From the IMG/VR virus record IMGVR_UViG_3300042274_000144, positions 1 to 64,000 of that record: a stretch of 64,000 nucleotides of DNA, one strand, 5' to 3'. The DNA is from a virus. Lineage: Duplodnaviria; Caudoviricetes. The notes under the pieces are model-generated. The model did not search any database. It had not been told where the DNA came from and saw only the letters and a program-made list of their open reading frames with translations. Each line of letters starts with the position of its first letter. The stretch's first letter is position 1. A program made the translations under genes and the position numbers. Below are positions 8,534-17,193 of this stretch, in pieces.

Positions 8534-9079
8534 TTAATCGTAGAGTTCCACCAGTGCTGCATACTTACCTGGAGTCCACGAGGCCGGAGGCTGCCTGCGG
8601 ATAACCTTGTTCAACTCTTCAAGGGCTTCTACCAGCTCTGCGGTCAGATCACCATCCTCCGGAAGTTCATCGCAGAAATGGTCAATACTTACCTCCTGAA
8701 ATTGATTAGCTTCGCATACAATTAAGCGCAGAGAACGAACGGTGCATTTATGCTCTTCCATGTGGTACTCAAGTTCGTCAACAGTGAAAAAATACTCGTC
8801 TGCAGCATCGGAATAAAGTGGAGTCTCTTCATCCCACTCAACCCGTGGCAGAGCGTTATACCTCTCAACCGCCTGACTCTCTCGGCATTCCGGGCATAGG
8901 GTCCACCCGCCCTTCGGGATCACCTTTTTACATGCCTCACAATAGGTATGTGTGCAGCCTGCCATCCGTGCCAATCTTTCGTCGTTCCCAAAGAACCTTC
9001 CATCACGGCTCACCCATCCTGTCACCTTTGCGAGCTTCGCCGCTTCGTCCGAATCAATCAATATCATCTTGTCATCCAT
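8534..9079 (-). CDS. Conserved phage early protein with CxxC pairs
   Basis: GWVSRDGRFFG...GCTHTYCEAC...CPEC; GGAG RBS before ATG 9079 (track ORF extends to 9229). Confidence 0.7.
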   Translation of the reverse strand: MDDKMILIDSDEAAKLAKVTGWVSRDGRFFGNDERLARMAGCTHTYCEACKKVIPKGGWTLCPECRESQAVERYNALPRVEWDEETPLYSDAADEYFFTVDELEYHMEEHKCTVRSLRLIVCEANQFQEVSIDHFCDELPEDGDLTAELVEALEELNKVIRRQPPASWTPGKYAALVELYD

Positions 9080-9304
9080 AACGTTCTCCGTGTTTGGTTT
9101 ACAGCTATGTGCCTTACCAGTTATGCCCAAGATCAGCATACCACTCAGCGCGAGTGCCAGAAAAAACTGCTTTCGACTTTCCACACTTGATGCACGTTTT
9201 GATTTTGTGATGGGTGCTTCTGCCTGCACTAAGTATCAGCCTGCTTGTCCAAATGTGTTGACAAAAAATCCCGGACATCAACTTCTTAACAGCACGCACT
9301 ATCA

Positions 9305-9619
9305 TTATGGTTTCTTCCCTCTCTTTAGCAACTGAAAGCGTGTTCCACAGCCCTGACACTTGGCCCGCATGGAGCCTGAGCGTGTCTGCCGAAGCGTACC
9401 GCCACACTGTTTGCATGGGGTTTCAGACACTCGCTCGGCCATTCTCGCATTGATTTCAGAGCTGTCATTTTTCCTCTTCGGGCCGTATCCAAGCGCCCGT
9501 GCGACTTTTTTGTATTCTTTGTTTATCCACTCCCCCCCTGGTTCATAGTGCAGGCCGTCGCCCATCATATCGCCCAGCTTGATGAGCTGATTATGCAGAA
9601 ACTCTCGGTCTTTTGACAT
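9305..9619 (-). CDS. Phage protein with C-terminal zinc ribbon
   Basis: QLIKLGDMMGDGLH...PCKQCGG...KCQGC. Confidence 0.7.
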   Translation of the reverse strand: MSKDREFLHNQLIKLGDMMGDGLHYEPGGEWINKEYKKVARALGYGPKRKNDSSEINARMAERVSETPCKQCGGTLRQTRSGSMRAKCQGCGTRFQLLKRGKKP

Positions 9620-9635
9620 GCTTGCCTCTCAACTA

Positions 9636-10064
9636 TTACTGCACAACCCGCAACGTCTCTTCAGTAACAAACCCGGTATCAAGTGCAATATCCCGATACT
9701 GCGGATCGGCAACAATCCCCAGGGGAGCACCAAGCAACTCATTCATGCCGGACTGTTGCGCCATCATCAGGTAGTCGTAGTTTTCGGCGTTGGCATGGGT
9801 GTAATATTCCATGACAGTTGCATCGGCTGAGTATCCGGCAGCCTCGATAGCTTCTTTGTAAATAACCAGGACTTCCCGCATCATCTCCGGGCTGCCTTGC
9901 TCGTGCCGATGGAGGCGCTGTATTTTAGGCTCCAGCTCATTGTTTACCTTCTGCAGCTCCTGATAGCTCGGCGGCAGCGGCTCGGTTGGCTCAGAGAACC
10001 ATCCTGCGTGTGAAATGGTTGCCATGAGTACGATTGCCATTGCCAGTGCCAGTGTCTTTTTCAT
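9636..10064 (-). CDS. Secreted/periplasmic protein with signal peptide
   Basis: MKKTLALAMAIVLMATISHA/GWF classical Sec signal. Confidence 0.7.
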   Translation of the reverse strand: MKKTLALAMAIVLMATISHAGWFSEPTEPLPPSYQELQKVNNELEPKIQRLHRHEQGSPEMMREVLVIYKEAIEAAGYSADATVMEYYTHANAENYDYLMMAQQSGMNELLGAPLGIVADPQYRDIALDTGFVTEETLRVVQ

Positions 10065-10270
10065 GCTGTTTCTCCTTTCGCGCGCACGCGCATCGTGAAT
10101 TTGCCTATGCCTTCGCCGTATTGCTGCAGCATGGCGATAATTTCCTCTGCCTGCTCTTTGTTATGCAGGATGCCTTTATTGGCGTTGAACTCCTCAAGGT
10201 CTGCACCCGGGACATTCAGGCGGGTGAGTTCTTCCCATTCGTTACCCTGCAGAACTACTATCTGAAACAT
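10061..10270 (-). CDS. Small hypothetical protein
   Basis: 69 aa, GGAGG RBS, translationally coupled to the next ORF. Confidence 0.6.
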   Translation of the reverse strand: MFQIVVLQGNEWEELTRLNVPGADLEEFNANKGILHNKEQAEEIIAMLQQYGEGIGKFTMRVRAKGETA

Positions 10271-10377
10271 CGTAAACCTCCTTCTGCCAGACCTTCATCC
10301 CTTCCCCGTGGACATAATGGGTGTGGTAATCGCGTGAAAGGTCAATGCCGATCTTTTCCAGCCATTCACGCACGACA

Positions 10378-10614
10378 TCAGCGTTTCCCTGGAACATTAC
10401 GCGCTCTGGTATTGTCCCTGATATTGGAGCGTTCCTTGCTTTCATATATTTCCCTTGCCCTCTCATCGAACCCCGGATCACCCGGCCTGAATATCTGAAC
10501 ATCCTCTTTCCGCTTCTGCATCACATGTTCGTGTCGGCGGTCCAACTCTGCGGCACAGACAATGCCGCAATAGTTGGTTTCAGAATCACATCTCTTGGGT
10601 GGCGTGAATATCAT
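10378..10614 (-). CDS. Small hypothetical protein
   Basis: 78 aa, IFRPGDPGF motif; favoured over the overlapping 10242-10502 frame. Confidence 0.45.
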   Translation of the reverse strand: MIFTPPKRCDSETNYCGIVCAAELDRRHEHVMQKRKEDVQIFRPGDPGFDERAREIYESKERSNIRDNTRARNVPGKR

Positions 10615-10865
10615 TCAGCAACTCCCAGCCCCTTATAGTCAGGCCAGTGCCCGGCCTTCACCATCTCAATATACCGAGCATCACCCCGTTCCGCTTCCTG
10701 GTAATCCATGTTTGAAACGAACATGAATGCGTACACCATTATTATTGCGAGAAAGACCTTGCGTATCATCTTGCCCCTCCTATTGAATAATTATCCCCAA
10801 GAAAAAACCCGTAGCACATGCTGTTGCCATTAGAATCGCCGTTGCTATAGCGGCAAGCAGCAACT

Positions 10866-11153
10866 TCAAGAAGTTTCGCACGATATATACCTGCTCTCCG
10901 CGTTGAGTTTGTCGGCCTCCCAGCAAGCATCCCACAGGGTGCGGTAAGCCGTGTCGCTCGGTTTAAGCTTTGCGATGGTCTCACCATCAAGCAGGACGCC
11001 CATGCAGCCATCTTCGGTAAGCTTCAGTTCGCAGTTCGGCAGCTGCTCCGTGATAACCCGCCACCTGTTTTCCACAAACACCACCCGTGCATCACAAGCC
11101 AGGCCACCTGCTGTTCTGCCGAAGATTGATTTTTGCGGTTTTGGGTTGCTCAT
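10866..11153 (-). CDS. Small hypothetical protein
   Basis: 95 aa, AGGAGG RBS. Confidence 0.6.
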   Translation of the reverse strand: MSNPKPQKSIFGRTAGGLACDARVVFVENRWRVITEQLPNCELKLTEDGCMGVLLDGETIAKLKPSDTAYRTLWDACWEADKLNAESRYISCETS

Positions 11154-11168
11154 GGCGTGCCTCCTGGC

Positions 11169-11607
11169 TGTTGCCCCGACCGTGGCCGGTTAAGATTTCT
11201 CCGTCCAGGCTTCAATAGCGCTGGCTGCCGTGTCTTCCAGTGTGAAATGCTGTACTGACCACCACATGCCGCCTGTGTTTGCTCTGTACTGTGATCCAAA
11301 AGCTAGCATGACGTTGCGGGGGTTCATTGCGATTTCCTTGGTGTAGTGATACCAGTGATCGACAAGCCTATGAATCAACGGCTCAGCGGCCTTCACGAAC
11401 AGGGGGAAGTACGGATGAGACATGAACTCCCCTTCACTGTTTATGTCTTTCATATCCTCCTTGATTGACATGTTGACAAATTCCAGAGCGTACAACATTT
11501 TCTGCTCTGTTCTTGTCGTGAAGATATTTTCCATGTCTGGTGTAGTGGCGTCGTGTTTACTTTCCATGCCTAATCTCCCGTATTATTGTTGCCCCGACCG
11601 GAGCCGG
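11169..11607 (-). repeat. 21-bp intergenic direct repeat upstream of consecutive early genes
   Basis: TGTTGCCCCGACCG(TG/GA)GCCGG at 11169-11189 and 11587-11607, 19/21 identical. Confidence 0.65.
11190..11567 (-). CDS. Hypothetical protein
   Basis: 125 aa, GGAG RBS. Confidence 0.6.
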   Translation of the reverse strand: MESKHDATTPDMENIFTTRTEQKMLYALEFVNMSIKEDMKDINSEGEFMSHPYFPLFVKAAEPLIHRLVDHWYHYTKEIAMNPRNVMLAFGSQYRANTGGMWWSVQHFTLEDTAASAIEAWTEKS

Positions 11608-11625
11608 GGCGGAGTAGTTATTGTA

Positions 11626-11826
11626 TTAGTCATCCAAGAGTGTAATGCCGTACTCCTCGTCGATCTTTACCAACATTTCATAATCAAGATCGGCAGCAAC
11701 GGTTTCGCCATCCGCAACGTTTTTCAGCGAATCGTAAAAATCTTCCTGATCCATTACTTCACAATCATAGTCAAAACATTCAACTTCCCGCACTCCGTTG
11801 ATAGTGTCCGCGATAACCTTGATCAT
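11626..11826 (-). CDS. Small acidic hypothetical protein
   Basis: GAGGGAG RBS before ATG 11826; first gene of the leftward unit. Confidence 0.55.
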   Translation of the reverse strand: MIKVIADTINGVREVECFDYDCEVMDQEDFYDSLKNVADGETVAADLDYEMLVKIDEEYGITLLDD

Positions 11827-11879
11827 GTCTATTCTCCCTTCTCTCTCAGCAGCCCCCATGACCGCCCCTGTTGATTATA

Positions 11880-11908
11880 GTTATACTCCTGTTGTGCATA
11901 TTCGCCAA
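11880..11908 (-). promoter_or_regulatory. Candidate sigma70 promoter of the leftward early unit
   Basis: TTGGCG-17-TATAAC on the minus strand; AATATC-AG-GATATT inverted repeat at 11925-11938 nearby. Confidence 0.4.
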
Positions 11909-11990
11909 GCATAAATCTACATAAAATATCAGGATATTACGGTCAGCACTGTAAGTAGTGATTTTCTGGCGGGTTTTAGTGTCAATTTTT

Positions 11991-12019
11991 TTGCAGCAAG
12001 TTTGCATTTGGGGTATATT
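11991..12019 (+). promoter_or_regulatory. Candidate promoter of the morphogenesis operon
   Basis: TTGCAG-17-TATATT, followed by AGGAGG RBS at 12041. Confidence 0.45.
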
Positions 12020-12051
12020 CCGTGATAACGAATCTGAAACAGGAGGGTGTT

Positions 12052-12372
12052 TTGGCTCTATCTCGCTTATCTCCATATAACATCAACGAAGACCTGCTAC
12101 GGGCACAGCTGTATCGCGAAATTCGCGATGGTCAGGAAAGTAGCGAATGGCGGCTATATGAGGTGCAGCCATCCGACACGCTACGCCCTGAGCTGATCGC
12201 GTACAAGGTCTACGGCACCCGGGAAATGAAGTGGCTCATCCTGGTTGCTGCCGGGCTGGATGATATGCGCGAGGAGTTGGAGGCGGCTACCGTTTTGCGA
12301 CTTCCGGAACCGGCATGGGTGCGCCAGCGCATCAAGCACTACGTGGACATTGAAACCAGGGCGCGTGCGTAA
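12052..12372 (+). CDS. Baseplate wedge LysM-like protein (T4 gp53 / P1 gp26-like)
   Basis: YEVQPSDTLRPELIAYKVYG...W motif; TTG start after AGGAGG. Confidence 0.7.
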   Translation: MALSRLSPYNINEDLLRAQLYREIRDGQESSEWRLYEVQPSDTLRPELIAYKVYGTREMKWLILVAAGLDDMREELEAATVLRLPEPAWVRQRIKHYVDIETRARA

Positions 12373-12374
12373 CG

Positions 12375-13520
12375 ATGGCTGAGAACTTCACCACACAGGC
12401 TGAATTTAAAGCCTTTGAGCGCCAGTATAACAAGATTCGTCGCTCGAACCGCAATGAGCGTGAAGATGCTGTCGGGCTACTCACGCCGCAGAAGATGCGG
12501 CAACATATCCGGTCCGGCCAGGACCTGGTGCTCGACTATGGCAGGCAAGGCAAGAAGGTTGTCTATACTCTTGAAGAGTTAAAGCAATTTGCCGATGCCA
12601 TAGAGAAAACGAAAAAGATCAGCAGAAACAAGATAGCCGGTGCTCCACTGCTATATCTGGAGAAAGCATCTCTACCTGAAGACCACAAGCGCAGCCGGGC
12701 GCAGATTCGCAACGCCACACTGTACCGCGTGCAGAACAATATGCTGCACTTTCAGGTTACGGCGTCCGACGATAGCGACAAGCAGTACCATCAGGTGCGA
12801 ATAAGGCTTGAAGAGTGGTTCGACCAGATGACAGACCCGCGCACATGGCTTTCTGCGGCACGCAATGCTGCAATGGGGCGCATGTCGTTTGATTGCACGT
12901 GCGGTAGGCACCAGTTCTGGTATCGCTACCTGGCTACAATAGGCGGCTTTGCTGTTGCCCCGCTCGAAAAGGACTTTCCGAAGATCAGAAATCCGCGCCT
13001 AACCGGGTGCTGCTGCAAGCATGTCCTGAAGGTTTTGCGCTACCTAAAGAGTCCGTCCGTGCATGCGATTCTGGCAAAGCACATGGAAAAGCAGTCCGAG
13101 GCGGTGGGCTATGCAGATAAGCCTGGCGGCAAATTCCTGAGAAAGGCTGAAATCCAGAAAGCCAAACGCGCACGCGGATCGGATAAGCAGCACGAGGCAG
13201 CCAAGCGCGCGTATGAGGACTTCAAGAAAGCTAAGGATACATTCAAGCGCAAGGCTAAAACGAAGGAGGCTAAGGCAAAAGTGAGGGCGTTGACGGCAAA
13301 ACTTAAAGCGCAGGAGTCCAGGGCCAAGGCCGCTGAGAAAAAGATTAAGGACATGGAGGCCAAGGCACAGCGTGATGTGCTTGCCGGTAGGCTCTCGGGC
13401 CAGCTGTCGATGGCGAAAAAATATAAGCTGCCGCGTGAGGATGTGCTGAAGGATTTTGCAGAGGAAAACGAGATGAAAACCACGGATGTCGAGGAAATTG
13501 TCAAGGAGTATGAGCTATGA
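12375..13520 (+). CDS. SWIM-type zinc-finger morphogenesis protein (P1 gp25 position)
   Basis: FDCTCGRHQFW...GCCCKH; basic coiled-coil C-terminus; synteny. Confidence 0.65.
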   Translation: MAENFTTQAEFKAFERQYNKIRRSNRNEREDAVGLLTPQKMRQHIRSGQDLVLDYGRQGKKVVYTLEELKQFADAIEKTKKISRNKIAGAPLLYLEKASLPEDHKRSRAQIRNATLYRVQNNMLHFQVTASDDSDKQYHQVRIRLEEWFDQMTDPRTWLSAARNAAMGRMSFDCTCGRHQFWYRYLATIGGFAVAPLEKDFPKIRNPRLTGCCCKHVLKVLRYLKSPSVHAILAKHMEKQSEAVGYADKPGGKFLRKAEIQKAKRARGSDKQHEAAKRAYEDFKKAKDTFKRKAKTKEAKAKVRALTAKLKAQESRAKAAEKKIKDMEAKAQRDVLAGRLSGQLSMAKKYKLPREDVLKDFAEENEMKTTDVEEIVKEYEL

Positions 13521-14011
13521 GCGCAAACCGCGATTACAGCGCACACTCTGCGGTTCTATCCACTGACTTTATCACCATGCTGGACAGTCACCCGGATAGC
13601 TTTGATTGCCTGTTTTACTCAGCTCGGCTCGACACTGCGGAAAACGTGGCGGCGGCTGCAGGTGCGGTTGATGTCGTGGGGAGCATTGAGGGCAGCCATC
13701 GCAAGATTGACTATGCTGACCCTGTACCTTCACGCGCGCGCATCGTGCATGATGAAGGGTTGTCATTGCTGGCATACGAGGCAGGCGAAGGCATGGACCT
13801 GGCTTCTGGCAGCGAGCCCGTTGTGATCCTGCTCAAAGAGGGCAATGTGCCCAAGCAAAGCGTTATTTCATGGCTGGAGAAAACCGGACCGGCTGAGACC
13901 GATACAAAGACCGTGTATTACTACGTGCTTGAATCGCGCCCGTTCGGACGTGCACCAGTGGCGGGCATGAAGCATTACTGCATACCATTTTTGAATGAAG
14001 GGGAGCTTTAA
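13517..14011 (+). CDS. Head-tail connector (P1 gp7 position)
   Basis: 164 aa; assignment by synteny only. Confidence 0.5.
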   Translation: MSANRDYSAHSAVLSTDFITMLDSHPDSFDCLFYSARLDTAENVAAAAGAVDVVGSIEGSHRKIDYADPVPSRARIVHDEGLSLLAYEAGEGMDLASGSEPVVILLKEGNVPKQSVISWLEKTGPAETDTKTVYYYVLESRPFGRAPVAGMKHYCIPFLNEGEL

Positions 14012-14443
14012 ATGGCAGTTGGACTTGAAATATGGGACGTGCTGCAACACTTCGGCAAGCATGAGAAATGGGGCGATCCTGACAAGATGAACCCGGCACT
14101 GCTGGTGCTGCTCGACAACCTGCGGGAAATCATCGGCAAGCCTATCATTATTCACTGTGGTTACGACACGGACGGACACGCGCCGAGTTCACAGCATTAT
14201 GTAGGTAACGCCGTGGACTTCCACATTGTCGGGCTGCCAATAGAGCAGGCACATGAGGCCATGCAGGGTGCCTTGCACATGCTTGGGCTGTTGGATCGTG
14301 TAGGGCTTGGCATATACCCGTTCTGGAACTCGCCCGGCTTTCATCTTGATGTGCGCGGAGAGGCGGCACGCTGGGGCAGGCTGAAGAACGGCACCTATGT
14401 GGCCTACGATGCAGCGCTGAACGAATATCTGGAGGCTGCGTAG
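14012..14443 (+). CDS. Peptidase M15A-family peptidoglycan peptidase (endolysin)
   Basis: LDNLRE..GKPIII.CGY...SQHYVGNAVDF...FHLDVR Zn-ligand pattern (H, D, H). Confidence 0.85.
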   Translation: MAVGLEIWDVLQHFGKHEKWGDPDKMNPALLVLLDNLREIIGKPIIIHCGYDTDGHAPSSQHYVGNAVDFHIVGLPIEQAHEAMQGALHMLGLLDRVGLGIYPFWNSPGFHLDVRGEAARWGRLKNGTYVAYDAALNEYLEAA

Positions 14444-15139
14444 ATGGCAAGCGATATTTCAGAGCTGCAGGCGGTGGATTTCGCCATGGGCGCTGTGATT
14501 ATGAATGCCTTTGGTAGCCTGGCCGAAAAAGGTCCGGACAATTATGTGCGTTTTCTGCAGGCTCCAGTGAAAGACAAGATATTCCGCGCAGAGCATGAGG
14601 ATGCCGGGGCGCTGGTAAAAAAGATTGCCAACGCGGAAAAGACTGAGAGCGGCCATCCGTCGTTACCTGTGGTGGCCTACTACCGCAAGCCTGGCCTTAG
14701 TAATGGCGAGGATTATGCGTCTGTGCTGGGGAAGTCGATGTTTAATGATGAGCTTGCGGCGGCAATGAACATCAGTATCCTGCCCGTCACACTCGAATAC
14801 AGCATGACGTTTGCCGCATGGGATAAGCCAACGCTGGATAAGATGCAGCTTGCCTGGTACGCCTTTGCCGCTCAGAACACCCGCAAAAACACCCGCTTCA
14901 TGCACCCTGTGCTTATCGGCAATGAGACAGTGGAGGTTCCGGCCTCGATTGTAGACCCCAAGACCATCGTATTTTCTGACTCATCCCCAGATAAGCAATC
15001 TTCCGGACGTATCGTATCTGTATCCTATGAGTTCATGGTGACAACCCAGGTGCTTGTGGGCGAATCGGTGGTGGTGCCGGATGAGATTACCGTTGTTGGC
15101 CTGTGTACCGGCTACAGTTGCTGCTGTGGAGAGTTGTAG
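14444..15139 (+). CDS. Tail terminator / sheath stabiliser (P1 gp24 position)
   Basis: LPVVAYYR...LPVTLEYSM pattern and synteny. Confidence 0.6.
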   Translation: MASDISELQAVDFAMGAVIMNAFGSLAEKGPDNYVRFLQAPVKDKIFRAEHEDAGALVKKIANAEKTESGHPSLPVVAYYRKPGLSNGEDYASVLGKSMFNDELAAAMNISILPVTLEYSMTFAAWDKPTLDKMQLAWYAFAAQNTRKNTRFMHPVLIGNETVEVPASIVDPKTIVFSDSSPDKQSSGRIVSVSYEFMVTTQVLVGESVVVPDEITVVGLCTGYSCCCGEL

Positions 15140-16138
15140 ATGCAGCAAGAGCAGGTCATCTTCCAGAAAATTGAGCATGTAGAAAGCGGCGAAGAGCTGG
15201 ACCTATCGTGGCTCAAGTCGGCAAACTTTGTAGAAACGCTCGACCTGTCCGGCCCACGCCTGATGCTGGAATTTGACGATAAGTACCGCCTGATTCGTGA
15301 TCGTCTGGGGATGGTTGAGCGTGACAGGCTGCGGCTCACCCTCTCTGACGTGTACGCGCGCGATGGTATGGATGAGGTGCTTGAGTTTACCGTTCTGACC
15401 ATGCCCGTCTCTGGCGATTACCTCAAAATCAACGCCATCCTCAAGATCGTGTTCGACCTGAAAACTCCAGCTGTCACATCAACGGCATTCGTGAAAAAGC
15501 AGTGCCCGGCAATCCTGTCGCGTCTGATGCCTGGTTTCACGCTTGACACAGGAAGGTTCCCCGCAACCGAGGATTATCACCTGTTGGCCGGAGAGCGCCC
15601 GTCGTTCATGCTGAGGCAGATGGCCCGCGAGCAGGGGGCGCACATATATGCACGGCGCACATACGCCTGCATGCACCGTCTGAGTGATCTACTGCAGGCA
15701 GAATCAGCTTTCACCTACCACCATGACGATGCGCGGCAGGAGAACCAGATTGTGCAGTACCAGTTTCCCAGCGCACAGCATGTGCTGGAGGACAGGATAC
15801 TGCGAGACCATCAGGGGTGGAATATCACCGATGGATGGATACAGGCCGGAGAGAACGGCGTGCCGCCTGAGATATACTCATCGCAAAACCGCAGCACACT
15901 GCGCAACCTCAATGCCGCCCCCATGCCGGTACTTGATTTCACCTGCTACGGCAACGGTTTCCTGATGCCGGGCATGGCGCTTGACTTCGTGTGGAACGTG
16001 CAAGACCTGGAAAAGCCGCTGGATGAAGGGATGCCGGAAAAGGCTGTAATCGGCACTGTGGCGCATTGGTACAAGGCAAACAAGTATCTGTGCCGCGTCA
16101 AGTGTGTTTTGCCGCTGGAAAGGAGTAGCAATGGATAA
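15140..16138 (+). CDS. Baseplate hub protein (P1 gp6 position)
   Basis: 332 aa, ETLDLSGPRLMLEF...; precedes the spike gene. Confidence 0.65.
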   Translation: MQQEQVIFQKIEHVESGEELDLSWLKSANFVETLDLSGPRLMLEFDDKYRLIRDRLGMVERDRLRLTLSDVYARDGMDEVLEFTVLTMPVSGDYLKINAILKIVFDLKTPAVTSTAFVKKQCPAILSRLMPGFTLDTGRFPATEDYHLLAGERPSFMLRQMAREQGAHIYARRTYACMHRLSDLLQAESAFTYHHDDARQENQIVQYQFPSAQHVLEDRILRDHQGWNITDGWIQAGENGVPPEIYSSQNRSTLRNLNAAPMPVLDFTCYGNGFLMPGMALDFVWNVQDLEKPLDEGMPEKAVIGTVAHWYKANKYLCRVKCVLPLERSSNG

Positions 16139-17069
16139 AGCAACCGGCGACAAGCAGAAGACCTACACGGGCGAATACGTAGCGCAAGTCGTTAGCGTAA
16201 GTGACCCCGAAGGATACATGCGCGTGCAGGTGCGCGTGCGAGATCTGTTTGACGGCATACCCGATGCTGATCTGCCATGGGCGACCTACAAGCTCCCCCC
16301 GGGTTCGCGCCCGAATGACGGTTTTTTTATTCCGGTAGATGAAGGAGATTGGGTGTGGGTGGACTTTCCATTTGGAGGGGATAGCCGCAGACCACGCATT
16401 ACCGGCAGCGTCCACTATTGCCCCGACACTCTCCCCAGCTTTCCGCACGAGTCTTTTTCCGGCGCTGAGAGCTACAGCCACAAGCGCACGGGGCCGCAAC
16501 TTACACCATCCGCAACCGGCTACCATCGTGACGTGGTTCTTGCGCAGCATGGTGTGCTCATCGAGGTGGTTTCAGGCACAAGCGAAGTGCGCATAACGCA
16601 GAAAAAGAGCGGAAGCGCTGTGGAGATAGACGCGGAGGGCAATGTCACCGCGCACAGCGAGAACAATCTGTATGGTTCAAGCGTGAACAATACCGAGGTT
16701 GATGTAGGCGTTGACCTGAAGGCTCGCGTTGCTAATGACGCCCTGGCCGAGGTGGGCAACAATATGACCTGCACCATTGCCAACAACATGACCTGCGATG
16801 TTGGCAATAAGGCCACTATCAATGCCGCCACGTCTGCCACTATCAATGCCCCGCAGATAAACTTGCTGGGCAACCTGTCTGCCACAGGGCAAGGCGGGGG
16901 CACAGCAACCGAAGTGAAATCAGCTAACACCCAGCATACCGGCAACACCGAACAAGAGGGAGACTATATCCTGACGGGCAACTGTACAATTGATGGCGCG
17001 CTGACGGTCACTGGGACCATAACCGCCCCGTATTTCGATGGGACAGCAAGAGAGGCAGACGATAATTAG
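16131..17069 (+). CDS. Baseplate central spike (gpV/gp5-like)
   Basis: OB fold AQVVSVSDPEGYMRVQVR...LPWA...P.EGDWVWVDF, then beta-helix repeats. Confidence 0.85.
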   Translation: MDKATGDKQKTYTGEYVAQVVSVSDPEGYMRVQVRVRDLFDGIPDADLPWATYKLPPGSRPNDGFFIPVDEGDWVWVDFPFGGDSRRPRITGSVHYCPDTLPSFPHESFSGAESYSHKRTGPQLTPSATGYHRDVVLAQHGVLIEVVSGTSEVRITQKKSGSAVEIDAEGNVTAHSENNLYGSSVNNTEVDVGVDLKARVANDALAEVGNNMTCTIANNMTCDVGNKATINAATSATINAPQINLLGNLSATGQGGGTATEVKSANTQHTGNTEQEGDYILTGNCTIDGALTVTGTITAPYFDGTAREADDN

Positions 17070-17193
17070 GCGTTTTTGCTAGATACACTGCATCTGAGTA
17101 GGTTTAGCTTTACTAAACCACACCATATGCCTTTTGATAGAGTTAGCGTGCGTAGCCGTATTTTAACCCACACCAACAAAAGAGGAAAAAAGT

